A stretch of DNA of 63,811 nucleotides, filler included, from Pseudomonadota bacterium (lineage in GTDB: Bacteria > Desulfobacterota > Desulfobacteria > Desulfobacterales > JBDRRP01): the NCBI GenBank assembly GCA_043825735.1. It is 7 parts of 7 records of this genome, joined end to end, with 100 filler letters (N's around TTAATTAATTAA, not from the genome) between each part and the next. Parts side by side here need not be neighbours in the genome. Positions count along the whole stretch, not along the records: positions 61,081 to 63,811 come from JBDRRP010000046.1; 6 more parts are not named here. One strand, written 5' to 3'. A model generated the notes under the pieces. That model was given only the letters and a program-made list of their open reading frames with translations, ran no database searches and was not told the origin of the DNA. How positions within the stretch are numbered: the stretch's first letter is position 1; each line of letters starts with the position of its first letter. The translations under genes were made by a program, and so were the position numbers. This document shows, piece by piece, positions 61,672 through 63,811 of this stretch.

Positions 61672-63241
61672 GTATTCATTCAGGGGGTCTGGAGGCGACT
61701 TCCGGCCACCTGTAACTAATTGAAATTACGATAAGTTTAGATCGCATCGTAACCGATTGAAATAATTGAAAATAAAACTAGACTTTCCATTCTGACTGTG
61801 TTAAGCAGTCAATATGGAACCGAAAAGACCATTTTCGATCCTCGACTGGGCGGCCACACCGGAGCCGGTAAAGCAATATATTGAGTACCTGGAACAAACC
61901 ATCGTTACCCTTGTTTCCAGGATCGAACAGCATGAGAAACGAATCGAACAACTGGAGGTTCGAACAAAAAAGAATTCTCAGAACTCCAGTAAACCGCCGT
62001 CATCGGACAGCCCCTTCAAGAAACCGGAGACAAAGGGCAAAAAGGGTAAAAGAAAACGAGGCGGTCAAAAAGGTCATAAAGGTTATCAGCAGCAAATGTT
62101 AGAACCAACCGACACAAAAATAATCTTGCCGACCATCTGCGACTGTGGCCGATATGATTTTGATTCCAACGCCCTTAAACCTTACTATACGCATCAGCAT
62201 ATTGAACTGCCTGAAATTCAAATGGGCGTCACCCATTTTATATTACATAAAGGCAAATGCAATCATTGTGGCGAAACGGTCCGAGCCGTTGTTCCCAAAG
62301 AATACCAAAGCGGCTATGGCCCCCGGTTAAGTGCGACGGTTGCAGAACTCAGTGGCTCACACGGAGCCAGCCGGCAGACCGTCCAGGATTTCTGCCAATC
62401 TGTTTTGGGAATTCCCATTTCGGTCGGCGGCATTCAATGCATTCTTGACCGGACATCAGAGGCGCTAAGGCCTTTGTATGATGAAATCGGCCGACAAGCT
62501 CGGCAGGCAGAGGTCAACCATGTTGATGAGACCTCCTGGTTTCAATCCGGTAAACTCAACTGGCTATGGACCATGGTCAATCATGCCGTTGCCTTTTTTA
62601 TGGTTCACCCCAATCGTTCCAAGCGGGCCTTTGACCAACTTGTCGACGATTGGAAGGGGATCCTGGTCAGCGACAATTACGGCGTTTATGTCAACTGGGT
62701 CAACAGCCGCCAGACCTGTTTGGCCCATTATATTCGCAAAGCCAAAGGGTTGACCGAGCGAGAGGATGAATCCATCAGCAGATTCGGGGAAAGCGTTCGA
62801 AAACAGCTGCAGCAACTTTGCCACTGGGCCAATGCGCCTCCTTCAGAGAAACAATGGACAAAGTTTTATTCCGAATTCCTGCTTAATTTACTTCTGTTTG
62901 ATGGTGCCGATGATGGTGCTGGCCAACTGGCGCGATCACTTCTTAGAGAAATGGATTCGTTATGGGTCTTTCTCGAAGAAAATGGCGTTGAACCCACCAA
63001 TAATCGAGCCGAACGGGCCTTAAGGTTCGGCGTCATATGGCGCAAGCGTAGCAATGGAACCCAAAGTGACAAAGGAAACCGATGGGTAGAACGCATCCTG
63101 TCGATCAAACAGACATGCAGAATCAAAGCTCAGCCGGTGTTCCCAATCCTTGTTGATGCGATCAGTGCCTATTTCAAAGAACAACAACCAAATCTCGGGT
63201 GGCTTACCACGTGATTTCTAACTCACCCCCTGAACATTTAC
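61672..63241 (+). mobile_element. IS66-family element (single-ORF, ISBst12-like group)
   Basis: Ends GTATTCATTCAGGGGGT and (reverse complement) GTAAATGTTCAGGGGGT; flanks do not form a target duplication. Confidence 0.88.
61814..63214 (+). CDS. IS66 transposase
   Basis: NSSKPPSSD, GGQKGHKG, HVDET, VSDNY, QTCLAH, TNNRAERALR. Confidence 0.95.
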   Translation: MEPKRPFSILDWAATPEPVKQYIEYLEQTIVTLVSRIEQHEKRIEQLEVRTKKNSQNSSKPPSSDSPFKKPETKGKKGKRKRGGQKGHKGYQQQMLEPTDTKIILPTICDCGRYDFDSNALKPYYTHQHIELPEIQMGVTHFILHKGKCNHCGETVRAVVPKEYQSGYGPRLSATVAELSGSHGASRQTVQDFCQSVLGIPISVGGIQCILDRTSEALRPLYDEIGRQARQAEVNHVDETSWFQSGKLNWLWTMVNHAVAFFMVHPNRSKRAFDQLVDDWKGILVSDNYGVYVNWVNSRQTCLAHYIRKAKGLTEREDESISRFGESVRKQLQQLCHWANAPPSEKQWTKFYSEFLLNLLLFDGADDGAGQLARSLLREMDSLWVFLEENGVEPTNNRAERALRFGVIWRKRSNGTQSDKGNRWVERILSIKQTCRIKAQPVFPILVDAISAYFKEQQPNLGWLTT

Positions 63242-63543
63242 AAAAATTCCATGTCATTCATTTCGGGCATCTTGATGTCAGAGATAATCAGCGAATCTCT
63301 CAATTCATGCTTAGCTTGCATTATTGTTGAGTAGTGCCCCTTGGCTTCATCCAGCACTTTTCGAACCGTTTTAGCTAAATCTGCCTTTCCAATAGGCTTT
63401 TTTGCAAATGCTTTAATATCTGATGATGAAGCTGTTTCTTCTGAGATTCTTTTGCTATATCCGGGGTAGCCCTTGTCGGCGTCATCTCTTGATGTTTTAC
63501 GGTTCATGGCCTGTCTTGATATAAAGATCCATACAGGATTCAA
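63242..63543 (-). pseudogene. Degenerate response-regulator receiver remnants
   Basis: GYSKRISEE..KPIGKADLAKTVRKVLD and LIISDIKMPEM fragments. Confidence 0.55.
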
Positions 63544-63558
63544 AAAATGACCGCTTAT

Positions 63559-63811
63559 CTATTGGCCGAATGTAAACCCCTTTTCCCTGAACAGCCTCAG
63601 GACGGCGTCTGCTGCTTCCGGGTCATAGAGTTTACCCGCGTTATCGGAAATCTCCTCCAACGCCACATCAATCCCGAGCGCCGGCCGATACGGTCGGTGA
63701 GAAGCCATGGCCTCCACAACGTCTGCAACACAAAGAATCCGCGCTTCAAGAAGAATGTCTTCTCCTGAAAGCCCCTGGGGATAGCCGGAGCCGTTCATTT
63801 TCTCATGATGC
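63559..63811 (-). CDS. HD-GYP phosphodiesterase, 3' end only
   Basis: HHEKMNGSGYP, ADVVEAM, RPYRP. Confidence 0.9.
   Translation of the reverse strand, partial: HHEKMNGSGYPQGLSGEDILLEARILCVADVVEAMASHRPYRPALGIDVALEEISDNAGKLYDPEAADAVLRLFREKGFTFGQ

Overview
This window is not one locus. It is seven unrelated contigs joined by artificial 100-nt spacers (N-run + TTAATTAATTAA + N-run), so adjacency across spacers means nothing. Gene content suggests a GC-rich sulfate-reducing deltaproteobacterium, probably Desulfobacterales-like (inference). Contig 1 (1-3807) carries rnfG-E-A and an RnfB fused to a GltD-like flavoprotein. Contig 2 (3908-6083) is a phage fragment with two DNA methyltransferases, one broken by a 5-bp insertion in its catalytic SPPY motif. 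Contig 3 (6184-19771) holds lactate-utilisation genes, Usp, a DksA/TraR protein, a Phd-RelE toxin-antitoxin pair and two arrays of GTCA-tagged mini-hairpins. Contig 4 (19872-47224) has housekeeping and accessory genes (mdh end, uvrC, uvrB, ispF, ADP-forming acyl-CoA ligase, pgi, Ser/Thr kinase, azlCD, lrp). It ends in an AT-rich element of at least 8.7 kb inserted in a DUF4442 gene. That element encodes a large serine recombinase, a stand-alone prohead protease, a Rep-like protein beside a 22-bp-period iteron origin, an IHF-flanked dif-like site and a cluster of long-loop hairpins, with no capsid, portal, terminase or tail genes visible. It is the best candidate for a new system here: a serine-integrase phage satellite. 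Contig 5 (47325-56602) has an IS3 end, gene remnants, a MITE, pcm and a PAS hybrid kinase. Contig 6 (56703-60980) is a phage fragment with a RepB-type primase. Contig 7 (61081-63811) has an IS66 that cut off the start of a class III nucleotidyl-cyclase-like gene. A family of inverted 8/9-mer repeat elements punctuates many host intergenic regions. All calls come from reading motifs by eye; no database searches were run.
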